From an uncultured bacterium (GTDB taxonomy: Bacteria; Patescibacteriota; Minisyncoccia; Phycocordibacterales; CAIRYW01): a DNA stretch of 64,000 nt. A program made the position numbers and the translations under genes. The notes under the pieces are model-generated. The model made no database searches, was not told the origin of the DNA, and saw only the letters and a list, made by a program, of their open reading frames with translations. Within the stretch, counting starts at the first letter, position 1; each line of letters begins with the position of its first letter. Shown here in pieces: positions 9,447-20,663 of the stretch. Where the stretch lies: positions 196,352-260,351 of the forward strand of contig CAVYBO010000001.1 of assembly GCA_963766885.1 (NCBI GenBank), written 5' to 3'.

Positions 9447-9691
9447 TGTTTTTACAGTTATGCACAGTTTTTTGTTGACTAAATTTTGTTATGGTGTAAA
9501 TTTTGCATTTGTATGGCAATTGAAAATAAAATCCGCAAGCAAACCCCAATCGGCAAAAAACCCGGCTCCCGGAGCCAGGACCATTCCATCCGTCGCCGCC
9601 CGCGTCCGGCCGATAAGTCCTAGCGGATTTAGTTTCCCCCCGATCTTTCGATTTTGTTCGCCCAGCTTTTAGTTAAGCAGGGCAATTTTTA

Positions 9692-9753
9692 TATAACACC
9701 CCCAACCCCTCTTAATTTAAGAGGGGCGCGAGCAAGACGAGCGGGGTGTTATA
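9692..9753. repeat. 62-bp palindromic REP/MITE-like element
   Basis: Perfect terminal inverted repeats TATAACACCCC/GGGGTGTTATA enclosing perfect hairpin CCCCTCTTAA-T-TTAAGAGGGG. Confidence 0.75.
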
Positions 9754-9761
9754 ATCCCTTT

Positions 9762-10445
9762 ATGAATTTTCATGTAATAACATTGTTTCCAAAAATCATT
9801 GAAGGATACTTGTCCGACTCAATTGTTGCGCGCGCAATTCGCGAGAAAAAGATTTCTGTAAAATTTTATAATCCGCGCGATTTTGTCAAAACTTCTAAAT
9901 CCCAAAAAGGTAAAAAGAATCCATATCTACGTGTTGATCAAAAACCATACGGCGGAGGTCCGGGAATGGTCATAGAAGCCGAGCCAGTTATCAAAGCTGT
10001 TGAAAGCGCTTTAAAAAAAGTTAAAAAAGCGAATAAAGAAAAAGGCAGCGTGAAGATAATTCACCTAAGCCCGTCTGGCAAAAAGTTTTCAAATTCCTAT
10101 GCTCAAACTTTAGAGAAAAAATATTCAGACTTAATAATAATTTGCGGCAGATATGAGGGAATTGATGCCAGGGTGAAAAAAATTTTCAAAGGAGACGAAA
10201 TTTCTGTGGGAGACTTTGTGCTGACTGGCGGAGAAATTCCAGCGATGATATTTATTGATTCTATTTCCAGGCAAGTTGAAGGTGTACTAGGAAATGTGGA
10301 TTCTTGCGAAGAATCCAGAGAAGCATCAAGTGATGTCTATACGCGTCCAGAAGTGCTTACTTACAAAGGCAAAAAATACAAAGTACCGACAGTTTTACTC
10401 TCCGGACACCACAAAAAAATAGAAGAGTGGAGGAAAAGCAATTAA
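9762..10445 (+). CDS. trmD: tRNA (guanine-N1)-methyltransferase
   Basis: ITLFP, PYGGGPGMV, LSPSG, CGRYEGIDARV, ISVGDFVLTGGE, YTRP, LLSGHH. Confidence 0.97.
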   Translation: MNFHVITLFPKIIEGYLSDSIVARAIREKKISVKFYNPRDFVKTSKSQKGKKNPYLRVDQKPYGGGPGMVIEAEPVIKAVESALKKVKKANKEKGSVKIIHLSPSGKKFSNSYAQTLEKKYSDLIIICGRYEGIDARVKKIFKGDEISVGDFVLTGGEIPAMIFIDSISRQVEGVLGNVDSCEESREASSDVYTRPEVLTYKGKKYKVPTVLLSGHHKKIEEWRKSN

Positions 10446-10482
10446 TTAACCACTACACAACAAAAATCATGAAATGGCAATA

Positions 10483-10510
10483 TTGCTTCAAATTGCGAAA
10501 TCAGTATAAT
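10483..10510 (+). promoter_or_regulatory. sigma70-type promoter for rpoBC
   Basis: TTGCTT-N16-TATAAT about 150 nt upstream of rpoB. Confidence 0.55.
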
Positions 10511-10661
10511 GTTTGAACTTCAGGAAAGATTGAGTTTTGGACGAAGTAAGAAGTTTTTCATAAAAATTTATAAATAGAATCTTTCCGCTCTCCTAAAAAC
10601 AAAAGCGACACTCTATGCGTATTTTGTTTTTTGCGCCGCGGAGGAAATAAATAAAATAAAA

Positions 10662-13600
10662 ATGTCAACAAGCCCAAAAGAAAAGACAGCAGAAAGGACT
10701 GGTATTCGCACCGTAGTCAGTGCCAATACGAGGAACAAAAAATATTTTGAGAAATTCCGCAAGCCGCTTGCGGATCTTCCTGATTTAGTTGAAGGCCAGA
10801 CTAGAAGCTACAAATGGCTTGTCGAAAAAGGCCTCAAAGAAGTTTTTGATGAATTCGGAAAAATCAGCGATTATTCCGGCAAAAAATTTGAATTTAGTTT
10901 TGGAAAATTTGAATTAGGCGAGGCCAAGTTTGACGAGCATCATGCCAAAGAAAACAAATTGACTTTGGAAGCGTCGCTTAAAGTGATAGTCAAGCTCAAG
11001 AATAAAATCTTGGGTACAGAAAAAGAGCAGGAGGTATTTTTGGCGGATTTTCCTGTCCAGACTGGCCATGGAACATTTATTGTAAACGGAATTGAAAGAG
11101 TAATCGTGCCCCAGCTTGCCAGAAGTTTCGGGGTTTTTTTTACTGCCAATGAATCCAAAGGCTTTAATCTGTTTGGAGCCAAAATCATTCCAGCCCGCGG
11201 AGCTTGGGTTGAAATTGAAACAGAATCAGATGGCGCAGTCTACGTAAGAATCGACAGAAAAAGAAAGTTTCCGATTACGTCGCTTCTCAGGGCTTTTGGA
11301 CTAAAGACAAATGAGGATATTTTAAAAGCATTCAAAGATTCTCCTGCTAAAAAACAAATTGAAACTACTTTGGCAAAAGACCACGCCAAAACTCAAGAAG
11401 AATCGTTCATAGAAATTCACAAACGCCAAAGAGACGGGGACCTGGCTACAGCCGAAAACGCCAAAGAATTCGTACTTGGACTTTTTGAAGAGGAAAGATA
11501 CGACATTTCCAGAGTGGGACGACACAGGTTTAACAAGAGGTTTGAAAAGAGCATGGACGAAAAGGCTTTGACAAGAAAAACTCTTAGTCTTGATGATATT
11601 GTCACTATTGTTGGACACTTGGCATTCCTAAATTCAAACCCAGAAGCCAATGCTGACGACATAGATCATCTTGGGTCCAGAAGGGTACGATTTGTTGGGG
11701 AACTGCTTCAGCAAAAAATCCGAGTAGGAATGACCCAGATCAAAAGAAACATTCAAAACAGAATGTCTACGATTGATACTGAATCAAATCTTCCTGTTCA
11801 GTTTATTTCACCTCGTCCGCTGCAGGCTAGGATCAAAGAATTTTTCACTACCAACCAATTGTCGCAATTTATGCAGCAGGAAAACGTTTTGACAGAGCTT
11901 GAACACCTACGAGTGCTTTCCGCGCTTGGTCCTGGAGGACTTACAAGAGAAAGGGCGGGGTTTGAGGTTCGTGATGTACACCCTTCTCACTACGGAAGAA
12001 TTTGTCCTATTCACACCCCAGAAGGTCCTAACATCGGTCTAGTGCTTCACTTGGCTTCCTATGCCAGAATCAATGATTTTGGAATGATTGAGACTCCTTA
12101 TGCCAAAGTCAAAGATGGAAAGGTTACTAAAGAGATTTTATATTTTAACGCTCTTGAAGAAGAGGGTTATGTTATTGCACATGCTGCAACTCCTGTTGAT
12201 GAAAAAGGAATGATTGTTAACGACACTGTTGAAGTGCGAATCAAAGGTGTTCCAGGGCACGTTTCAAAAGACAAAGTAACGCTTATGGATATTGCTACTA
12301 ACCAGGCTTTTTCTATCGCAACATCAATGATTCCTTTTCTTAACCACGACGAAGCCAACAGAACCCTGATGGCATCCAACATGCAAAAGCAGGCTGTGCC
12401 TTGCATAGTGCCTGAAGCACCGCTTGTTGCTACAGGAATTGAAAAACGCGCGGCAAGAGATACGGGCAGAGTGATTTTTGCAGAGGATGAAGGAGTTGTA
12501 GCGCATTCTGATGCGGAAAGAGTTGTTATTAAATACCTGACTGCGCAGGCAGGTGGGAGAAAAGAAAAAGAATACAGGCTTGCAAAATTTGAAAGAACAA
12601 ACCAATTTACAGCTTTTCACCAAAGACCAACGGTTTCTGTTGGAGAAAAAGTTTCAAAAGGAGATGTATTAGCTGACGCATCAACAACAGTGGACGGAGA
12701 AATGGCAATCGGGCAGAATATTTTAGTTGGTTTTATGACATGGTCGGGCCAAAATTACGAGGATGCCATTGTATTGTCTGAAAAGCTTGTCAAAGAAAGC
12801 AAGTTTACTTCAATTCATGTTGAAGAATTTGTGGTTAATGTGCGAGACACAAAACTTGGTCCTGAAGTGACTACTCATGACATTCCAAACGTCGGTGAAA
12901 TGAAACTCCGAAATTTAGATGAAGAAGGAGTTGTCAGAATCGGGGCGGAAGTTCGTCCAGGGGATATTTTGGTAGGTAAAATTACTCCAAAAGGAGAAAC
13001 CCAATTGACTCCAGAAGAAAGATTGCTTCGTTCTATATTTGGAGAAAAGTCCCGCGATGTCAAAGATACATCCAAGAGAATGGAAAACGGAAAAAGGGGC
13101 AGAATTATCGGCGTTAAAGTTTTTTCAAGGGAAAAGGGTGACAAATTGGAATCAGGAATAATCAAAAGAATCCATATTGAAATCGCGCAGCTTAGAAATG
13201 TTTCTGTCGGCGACAAGCTTGCAGGACGCCACGGCAACAAAGGAGTCATCTCAATTGTTCTTCCAGAAGAAGACATGCCTTATATGGCTGATGGAACTCC
13301 AATTGACGTGGTGCTTACTCCGCTTGGAGTGCCATCCAGAATGAACTTGGGACAAATTCTTGAAATTCATCTTGGTCTTGCCGCTAATACTTTGGACTAT
13401 CAAGCAATCGTGCCTCCATTTGCAGGAGCAACAGATACTGAAATCAAAACAGAACTGAAAGAATCCGGATTCAAGGAAAACGGTAAAATGAAACTTTATG
13501 ACGGACGCACTGGCAAGGCTTTTGAACAGGAAATCGCAGTTGGCTATATGTACATTTTGAAGCTTCATCACATGGTTGAAGACAAAATCCACATGCGCTC

Positions 13601-13916
13601 AATTGGTCCGTACTCGCTTATCACTCAGCAGCCGCTTGGAGGAAAGGCTCAAAACGGAGGACAAAGATTCGGAGAAATGGAAGTCTGGGCTCTTTTGGGA
13701 CACGGCGTTGCTTACATGCTTCGTGAAATTTTGACCGTCAAATCAGACGATATCCAGGGCAGGTCTGCAACATTTGATGCCATTGTCCGAGGAGAGCGAA
13801 TCACAAATCATAATTCACCCGCATCATTTAATGTGCTTTTAGCCAATTTACGAGGCCTTGCGCTTGATGTGGTATTAAATCGGTCGAAGATAGGCAAAGA
13901 CGAAGTTAGCAAATAA
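10662..13916 (+). CDS. rpoB: RNA polymerase beta subunit
   Basis: GPGGLTRERAGFEVRDVH, TPEGPNIGL, GDKLAGRHGNKG, GGQRFGEME. Confidence 0.99.
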   Translation: MSTSPKEKTAERTGIRTVVSANTRNKKYFEKFRKPLADLPDLVEGQTRSYKWLVEKGLKEVFDEFGKISDYSGKKFEFSFGKFELGEAKFDEHHAKENKLTLEASLKVIVKLKNKILGTEKEQEVFLADFPVQTGHGTFIVNGIERVIVPQLARSFGVFFTANESKGFNLFGAKIIPARGAWVEIETESDGAVYVRIDRKRKFPITSLLRAFGLKTNEDILKAFKDSPAKKQIETTLAKDHAKTQEESFIEIHKRQRDGDLATAENAKEFVLGLFEEERYDISRVGRHRFNKRFEKSMDEKALTRKTLSLDDIVTIVGHLAFLNSNPEANADDIDHLGSRRVRFVGELLQQKIRVGMTQIKRNIQNRMSTIDTESNLPVQFISPRPLQARIKEFFTTNQLSQFMQQENVLTELEHLRVLSALGPGGLTRERAGFEVRDVHPSHYGRICPIHTPEGPNIGLVLHLASYARINDFGMIETPYAKVKDGKVTKEILYFNALEEEGYVIAHAATPVDEKGMIVNDTVEVRIKGVPGHVSKDKVTLMDIATNQAFSIATSMIPFLNHDEANRTLMASNMQKQAVPCIVPEAPLVATGIEKRAARDTGRVIFAEDEGVVAHSDAERVVIKYLTAQAGGRKEKEYRLAKFERTNQFTAFHQRPTVSVGEKVSKGDVLADASTTVDGEMAIGQNILVGFMTWSGQNYEDAIVLSEKLVKESKFTSIHVEEFVVNVRDTKLGPEVTTHDIPNVGEMKLRNLDEEGVVRIGAEVRPGDILVGKITPKGETQLTPEERLLRSIFGEKSRDVKDTSKRMENGKRGRIIGVKVFSREKGDKLESGIIKRIHIEIAQLRNVSVGDKLAGRHGNKGVISIVLPEEDMPYMADGTPIDVVLTPLGVPSRMNLGQILEIHLGLAANTLDYQAIVPPFAGATDTEIKTELKESGFKENGKMKLYDGRTGKAFEQEIAVGYMYILKLHHMVEDKIHMRSIGPYSLITQQPLGGKAQNGGQRFGEMEVWALLGHGVAYMLREILTVKSDDIQGRSATFDAIVRGERITNHNSPASFNVLLANLRGLALDVVLNRSKIGKDEVSK
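12535..12554. repeat. GC-rich near-perfect palindrome inside rpoB
   Basis: ACCTGACTGCGCAGGCAGGT, one mismatched pair; the 18-bp core encodes LTAQAG in frame. Confidence 0.6.
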
Positions 13917-13955
13917 TGCTAATAATTTAAAAATAAATTTTAAAAAACAATTCAA

Positions 13956-16900
13956 ATGCCAATACAAAAGAAAAAAGAAACTCAAAATTTTGAATCAATC
14001 AGTTTAAGAATTGCTTCGCCTGAGCGAATCAGAGAATGGTCCTACGGTGAAGTAACCAAACCTGAGACTATGAACTACCGAACCCAGCGTTCCGAGAAAA
14101 ACGGTCTTTTTGATGAAAAAATATTCGGCCCCGACAAAGATTTTGAATGCTATTGCGGAAAATACCGCGGTATCAGGTACAAGGGAATTATTTGCGAAAA
14201 ATGCGGAGTTGAAATTACCAGATCGATTGTCAGAAGAGAGCGCATGGGACACATTGAGCTTTCAACCCCTGTTGCGCACATATGGTTTTTACGCAGTATG
14301 CCTTCAAGAATTTCTCTGATTCTTGGCATTCCTTCAGCCGATGTTGAAAAAGTTGTTTATTTTGCAGGTTACCTTGTCACTAAAGTAAATGACAATGAAA
14401 AAAGAAGAGTGCTTGCGGAGCTTGATACTGAATTCAAGAACAAACTGAAAAATATTCAGGATGACAAAACCAAAGAAGCTATCAAGGAGCTATTTCTCCA
14501 AACCAAAAGCGAAATTGAAAGCATAAATACAGGTGTCGTATTGGATGAAATTCACTATCATAAGCATTCCCTTAAATACGGAACAATTTTTGAAGCCTCA
14601 ATCGGAGCAGAGGCGGTTTATAATCTCTTCAAGCATATTGACCTAAAAAAATTAAAGGACGAATTGGAGAAGGCTCTTGAAGAAGCTGGCGCTCAAGAAA
14701 AAGATAAAATTAACAAGAGGTTGGGGATCATTAAAGGAATGCTTGAAGCGGGCATCAAGCCGGAATGGATGTTTTTGACAACTATCCCTGTGATTCCCGC
14801 AGCGCTTAGGCCAATGGTTGCTCTTGACGGAGGAAGGCATGCAACCGCTGATGTTAATGATCTCTACAGAAGAGTCATCAACAGAAACAACAGGTTAAGG
14901 AAACTCAAGGAAATCAACGCGCCGGATGTAATTCTCAGAAACGAGAAAAGAATTTTACAGGAAGCGGTTGATGTTTTGATAGATAATTCAATTAAGCATG
15001 GCAACAATTCCTTTATTGGCTTGGGTCAAGCGCAAAGAAGGCCGCTTAAATCTCTTTCCGACAATCTTAAAGGAAAGCGTGGCCTTTTCAGGCAGAACCT
15101 TTTAGGAAAAAGAGTTGACTACTCAGGACGTATCTGTAATTGTTGTGGGTCCAGATCTTAAACTCAACGAATGCGGACTTCCAAAACATATGGCTTTAGA
15201 GCTTTTCAGGCCATTTATTATTGCTCAAGTTTTGAAAAGAGAACTGGCTTACAACATTAGGGGCGCATCCAGACTTATTGAAGACGGCGCGCCGGAAGTT
15301 TGGGAAATTCTTGATGAAGTTATCAAAGACAAATACGTATTGCTGAATCGCGCACCAACCCTTCATAGGCTTGGAATTCAAGCGTTCAAACCTATTTTGA
15401 TTGAAGGAAACGCCGTTAGAGTGCATCCTCTTGTCTGTACAGCTTTTAACGCAGACTTTGACGGAGACCAAATGGCTGTGCATGTGCCGCTTTCTGAAGA
15501 GGCTCAGATGGAAGCCAGGGAGATTATGGCATCGGACAAAAACATTCTAAAGCCAGGTAGCGGAAATTTGATCGCATCTGTTGATAAACTTGATATCGTG
15601 CTTGGTGTTTATTGGATGACTACAATTATTGAAGGAGAATTGGGAGAAGGGACATATTTTGAAAGTCCTTCATCTGCGATTGCCGCTTTCAACTTCGACT
15701 ATCTTTCTTTTCGGGCAAAAATTAATATTTTGAAGCCAAAAGGCATAAAGTTTGAAGCTATAGGTGAAAATATAATTGAAACATCTGTAGGTAGAATTCT
15801 TTTCAATGAACTTTTACCAGATGAATATCCGTTTCTAAATAAGGAAGTGGACAAAAAAACAATGGCTGCTCTGATGTCTGATCTAATGTCCCGATATGGC
15901 GTAGATAAGCTTGCTCCAATCTTGGATAAGATCAAAGCTTTTGGATTCAAGTATGTTACCCAATCCGGAATCACTTGGGGTATTGACGATATCAAAGTTC
16001 CCGAAGCTAAAAAAGGAATAATTGAAAAAGCCAGAGGAAAAGAGAGTGAAGTTATAGGGCAGTTTAGGGACGGTCTTTTGTCAGAAGAAGAGAGAATCAG
16101 GAAAAATATTGAAATCTGGCACTCAGCTAAAGCGGAAATTGAAAAAATAATTCCTGAAAATATGGACAAAAGAGGTTCTGTTTATGATATGTGGAAGTCT
16201 GGCGCCAGAGGCTCAACTTCCCAAATTACTCAGATGTCTGGTATGAAAGGTTTGATCCAAAACACAGCAGGAGAAACAATCGAATTCCCAATAGTTTCTT
16301 CATCCAAAGAAGGTCTCAATCCTATTGAATATTTTATTACCACTCACGGTTCGAGAAAAGGTCTTACCGATACAGCGCTTAATACCGCAAAGGCTGGCTA
16401 CCTAACAAGAAGACTTTTCGTTGCGGCACAGGATGTAATCACAACTGAAAAAGATTGTGGCACCAAGGAGGGGATTTTGCTTAAAAAAGAAAGCGCATCA
16501 GGAATTGAAACAGCCATTTCCAAAAGTATGAAGGGAAGGGTTCTTTCAGAAGACCTCAAAAACTCCAAAGGAGAAATAATTTTTCCAAAAGGGTACCTCG
16601 TTAAGGACGAAGATTTTCCAGCTATAGAAAAAGAAAATATTCAGGAAGTTTTTGTTCGTTCTCCCTTAACCTGCAAAACTAAAAGCGGAGTATGTACGAT
16701 GTGCTACGGGTTAGATTTGGGAAAGAACAGATTGATTGATTTAGGCGAAGCTGTTGGGACAATTGCGGCACAGGCAATCGGTGAGCCGGGCACCCAGCTT
16801 ACAATGAGAACCTTCCATGCTGGAGGTACAGCTCAAATCGGTGGAGACATCACTCAAGGTTTGCCTAGAGTGGAAGAAGTTTTTGAAAAAAGGAAGCCAA

Positions 16901-17631
16901 AAAATCCCGCTATAGTCTCCAAGACAGACGGCGTGGTGACAGAGGTTGTTGGTTCTGGCAGAGATAAGAAGATCGTTGTTATTCCGGAGCTTGAAGAAAA
17001 ATCAAAATCAAAAAAGCAGGCCCTTGAATATGAGGTTCACCGCTTGAGAACACCCTTGGTTAAAGTTGGAGCCAAAGTTTTAAAAGGCGATTTGTTGACG
17101 GATGGTTCGGCGGACATTGATGAATTATTCAAATATGCAGGCAAGGAAAAAGCTGAAAATTATATTATTTCTGAAATCAAAAAGCTTTATGAACTTCAAG
17201 GAGAAGCCGTATCTAGAAAGCATATTGAGGTTATCGTTAAGCAGATGTTTTCAAGAATCAAAATCAAAAAGGCGGGCAACACTGTTTTTGCTGAAGGGGC
17301 GATTGTTGAATGGAGCGAATTGGCAGAAGAAAATGCCAAAATGAAAGAAGCTGAAAAAGAAGAGGCAAAAGGAGAACAGGTGGTTTTGGGTATTACCGAC
17401 GTCTCGCTTTCAAGACAGAGCTTCCTTTCAGCTGCTTCTTTCCAGCACACAACAAGAGTTCTAATCCAATCGGCAGCGCAAGGCGCTGAAGACAGACTTA
17501 CTGGCCTTATGGAAAACGTTATTCTAGGAAGACTTATTCCAGCAGGTACCGGTTACAAACAAAGTGAAAAGGCAAAAATGATTAATGACCTCAAGGATAC
17601 ATATAGAGATCAGGAAAGTTCGGAAAATTAA
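13956..17631 (+). CDS. rpoC: RNA polymerase beta' subunit, frameshifted at ~15131-15132 (ORFs 13956-15161 and 15115-17631)
   Basis: First ORF has the Zn finger and ends LLGKRVDYSGR; second continues SVIVVGP and has NADFDGDQMAVH, IGEPGTQLTMRTFH; removing 1 nt gives a 1224-aa ORF. Confidence 0.97.
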
Positions 17632-17698
17632 TTTAAAATTCCCGGCCTATATTCTGTAGGGAAATAGTTCCCGACTAGGTTATAAATGCGAATTATAA

Positions 17699-19369
17699 AT
17701 GTCCTCAACAGTTGAAAAAATCAAAGGCAAGCTCTCCATTGAAGAAGTGGTTGGTTCTTATCTTACTTTGGAAAAATCTGGGACATACATGAAGGCTAAG
17801 TGCCCATTTCATCAGGAAAAGAGTGCGTCTTTTTATGTTTCTCCTGATCGCGGAACATTTTATTGTTTCGGCTGTGGCGCCAAGGGAGATATTTTTTCCT
17901 TTGTCGAAGAAATGGAGGCTGTGGATTTTTTAGGCGCTCTAAAAATTCTGTCTGAGCGCTCTGGAGTGCCGATTGAATATGAAAATAAAATTGAAAAAAG
18001 CCAGAAGGAAAAGATTTTTGAGATTATGGAAGAAGCTACTGAATTTTTCGAGCAGAATCTCAAAAATTCCGTTGATGCCCTTTTATATCTTAAGGGAAGA
18101 GGAATTTCAATTGAATCGCTCAAAAAATTCAGAGTAGGATTTGCTCCAGATGAATGGCGATTGCTTTCAGAGACTCTTGGCAAAAATTGGAAGGCAGAAG
18201 AGCTTTTTTCCGCTGGACTTATAAAAAAGGGACCCAAGGGAAATTACGATGCATTCAGAGGTAGGATTATGTTCCCGATTTTTGACGCAAGTGGCAGGAT
18301 AATCGCTTTTTCTGGCAGAACGATCAAAAAAGATACTGAAGAGGCCAAATATATCAACAGTCCGGAGACTCCCGTTTTTGAAAAAAGCAAAACTCTTTAC
18401 GGTATTAATTTTGCTAAAGAAGCAATTAAAGAGAAAAAGCATGCAGTGCTTGTGGAGGGTCAGATAGATCTTGTAATGAGTCATCAGGCTGGCGTCTTAA
18501 ATACTGTTGCCACTTCAGGTACCAGCCTTACGTATGAACATTTGGCCTATCTAAAGCGAATTACGGACGAAATTGTCATTTCTTTTGATTCGGACAATGC
18601 TGGAGTCGGAGCTTCATTTCGTGCCGCGCTCATGGCTCTTGAAAAAGGGTTCAAAGTTCGATCTTCAATCATTACTTCAGGCAAAGATCCGGCTGATATT
18701 GCTAAAGAAAATCCTGAGTCTTGGAAAAAATCTGTGGAGGATGCTCCAAATGTAGTGGATTATTTTATTTCAATAGCCAAACAAAAAAATGAGGCCGAAT
18801 CAGATAAAATTATCAAAACTCAAATTTTACCGCTCATAAGGGCTATTGAAAGTCCTATCGATCAGTCTAGATTTTTGAGTAAGTTGAGCGGCAATTTTGG
18901 CCTTCCGGAAGATTCTTTAAGGGAGGAAATGCAGAAAATTTCCATTGAAGAAATTGCCGGAACGCCAAAGACAGAGAGCAAAGCCAGTAAAAAAATAAAA
19001 GGCAATTTGCGCAAGGCTATTTCGATGCTCTTGGTTTTGGAGGAAACTGATAAAAAAGCCGCAGAAGAATTCAAGAACGCAGTTACGAGTATTGTAGAAC
19101 TTGAAGAAATTCCAGATAATGAAAAAGAGGAAATATATTTTGAGGGTAAGATTCATTATGGCGACAAGGATTTTTTAAAGTACCAAAAAGACCTGCTTTA
19201 CATGCTTGAAGATGAGAAACTTCGTGAAAAGCTTTCAAAGACAATGGAAAATCTAAAAAAGGCCGAAGCAGTCAGGGATAAAGACAACGAACTGCTTTTG
19301 CTAAAGGATTTTCAGGAAGTTTCTTTAAAGTTGTCAGAATTGCGCAAAAAATATGATATTATTAAATAA
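17699..19369 (+). CDS. dnaG: DNA primase
   Basis: CPFH..CFGC zinc finger, FRGRIMFPI, KYINSPET, VEG..D, FDSDNAG TOPRIM, KDPAD. Confidence 0.97.
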   Translation: MSSTVEKIKGKLSIEEVVGSYLTLEKSGTYMKAKCPFHQEKSASFYVSPDRGTFYCFGCGAKGDIFSFVEEMEAVDFLGALKILSERSGVPIEYENKIEKSQKEKIFEIMEEATEFFEQNLKNSVDALLYLKGRGISIESLKKFRVGFAPDEWRLLSETLGKNWKAEELFSAGLIKKGPKGNYDAFRGRIMFPIFDASGRIIAFSGRTIKKDTEEAKYINSPETPVFEKSKTLYGINFAKEAIKEKKHAVLVEGQIDLVMSHQAGVLNTVATSGTSLTYEHLAYLKRITDEIVISFDSDNAGVGASFRAALMALEKGFKVRSSIITSGKDPADIAKENPESWKKSVEDAPNVVDYFISIAKQKNEAESDKIIKTQILPLIRAIESPIDQSRFLSKLSGNFGLPEDSLREEMQKISIEEIAGTPKTESKASKKIKGNLRKAISMLLVLEETDKKAAEEFKNAVTSIVELEEIPDNEKEEIYFEGKIHYGDKDFLKYQKDLLYMLEDEKLREKLSKTMENLKKAEAVRDKDNELLLLKDFQEVSLKLSELRKKYDIIK

Positions 19370-19384
19370 TTAATTTTTCCCCAC

Positions 19385-20602
19385 ATGAAAAAACCGAAGA
19401 AAAATATAAAGGCCAGGAAAAAAGTCCAAAAGCAAATCAAGAAATCTGCAAAAAAACCTGCTAAGAAAGTGAAAGTAAAGCAGAAAAAGACCGCTACAAA
19501 ACCAAAAAAACCGGCGAAAGTTTTATCAAAAAAATCTAAAGATTCAGAAAAGAAAGCCGTACTATTGATACAGCGAGGCAGAGACAGAGGATTTATCACT
19601 TATGATGAAATAATCAAAGATTTTCCAAATATCGAAGACGATGTTTCTTTCTTGGATTCTCTTTATGAGCGTCTAAGCACTGCTGGGGTGGATATTCTTG
19701 AGAGCGGAGGATTTTTGGATATTAAAACAGAGGATGAGGATTTCTTAAAAAAATACGGATCAAAAAATGAAAACTACGATTCAATACAGATGTATCTCAA
19801 AGAAATCGGCCAATATCCTCTGATTCACGCCGCCGAAGAAAAAGAATTGGCCAAGAGGATTGAAGTCGGAGATGAAGAGGCCAAAAATCTTCTGGCCAAG
19901 GCCAACTTGCGATTAGTGGTTTCCATTGCCAAAAAATATGTTGGCCGAAGTCCAGATTTGACTTTACTTGATTTGATCCAAGAAGGAAACCTAGGACTCT
20001 TTAAAGCTGTTGATAAATTTGATTGGACAAAAGGCTATAAATTTTCAACGTATGCTACTTGGTGGATTAGGCAATCTATCACTCGTGCGCTTGCAGACCA
20101 GTCTAGAACAATTCGCGTGCCAGTGCACATGGTTGAAACAATCGCCAAATACAAACAGGTTGTCAGAAGATTGAGTCAGGATTTGGGACGAGATCCGATG
20201 CCTGAAGAAATAGCGCTTGAAATGGGACTTGATGTGGATAAGGTTTATCAGATAGAAAAAATTGATCAGACTACAATTTCTTTAGATACTCCTGTTGGAG
20301 ATGAAGGTGATGAAAAGACTACTTACGGAGACTTTATTGCTGATGAAAAAATCCCTTCTCCAGACCAGGATTCTTCACAAAGAATCCTCAAAGATCAAGT
20401 TGGAGAAATATTGGATGACCTTTCAGAAAAAGAACGCAGAATCTTGGAAATGAGACACGGTTTGGTGGATGGCATTCAGCATACACTTGAAGAAGTGGGC
20501 AAGACTTTTGCTGTCACTCGCGAACGAATCCGCCAAATTGAAGCCAAAGCTCTAGAGAAAATCCGCACTCACGAACGTGTAGCACGACTGAGGAATTATT
20601 AA
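19385..20602 (+). CDS. rpoD: primary sigma-70 factor with Lys-rich N-terminus
   Basis: [55 protein letters not shown]. Confidence 0.96.
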   Translation: MKKPKKNIKARKKVQKQIKKSAKKPAKKVKVKQKKTATKPKKPAKVLSKKSKDSEKKAVLLIQRGRDRGFITYDEIIKDFPNIEDDVSFLDSLYERLSTAGVDILESGGFLDIKTEDEDFLKKYGSKNENYDSIQMYLKEIGQYPLIHAAEEKELAKRIEVGDEEAKNLLAKANLRLVVSIAKKYVGRSPDLTLLDLIQEGNLGLFKAVDKFDWTKGYKFSTYATWWIRQSITRALADQSRTIRVPVHMVETIAKYKQVVRRLSQDLGRDPMPEEIALEMGLDVDKVYQIEKIDQTTISLDTPVGDEGDEKTTYGDFIADEKIPSPDQDSSQRILKDQVGEILDDLSEKERRILEMRHGLVDGIQHTLEEVGKTFAVTRERIRQIEAKALEKIRTHERVARLRNY

Positions 20603-20663
20603 AAAATATTAATTGATTTTAGTCAACAGAGAAATTAACCTTAATTTAAGGCATAATTTGCTC

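Noticed and set aside
15115-17631. Genuine cyanobacterial-style rpoC1/rpoC2 split
   Set aside because: The break precedes NADFDGD, cuts an invariant motif, the second ORF has only a TTG start, and a single-base deletion restores one gene.
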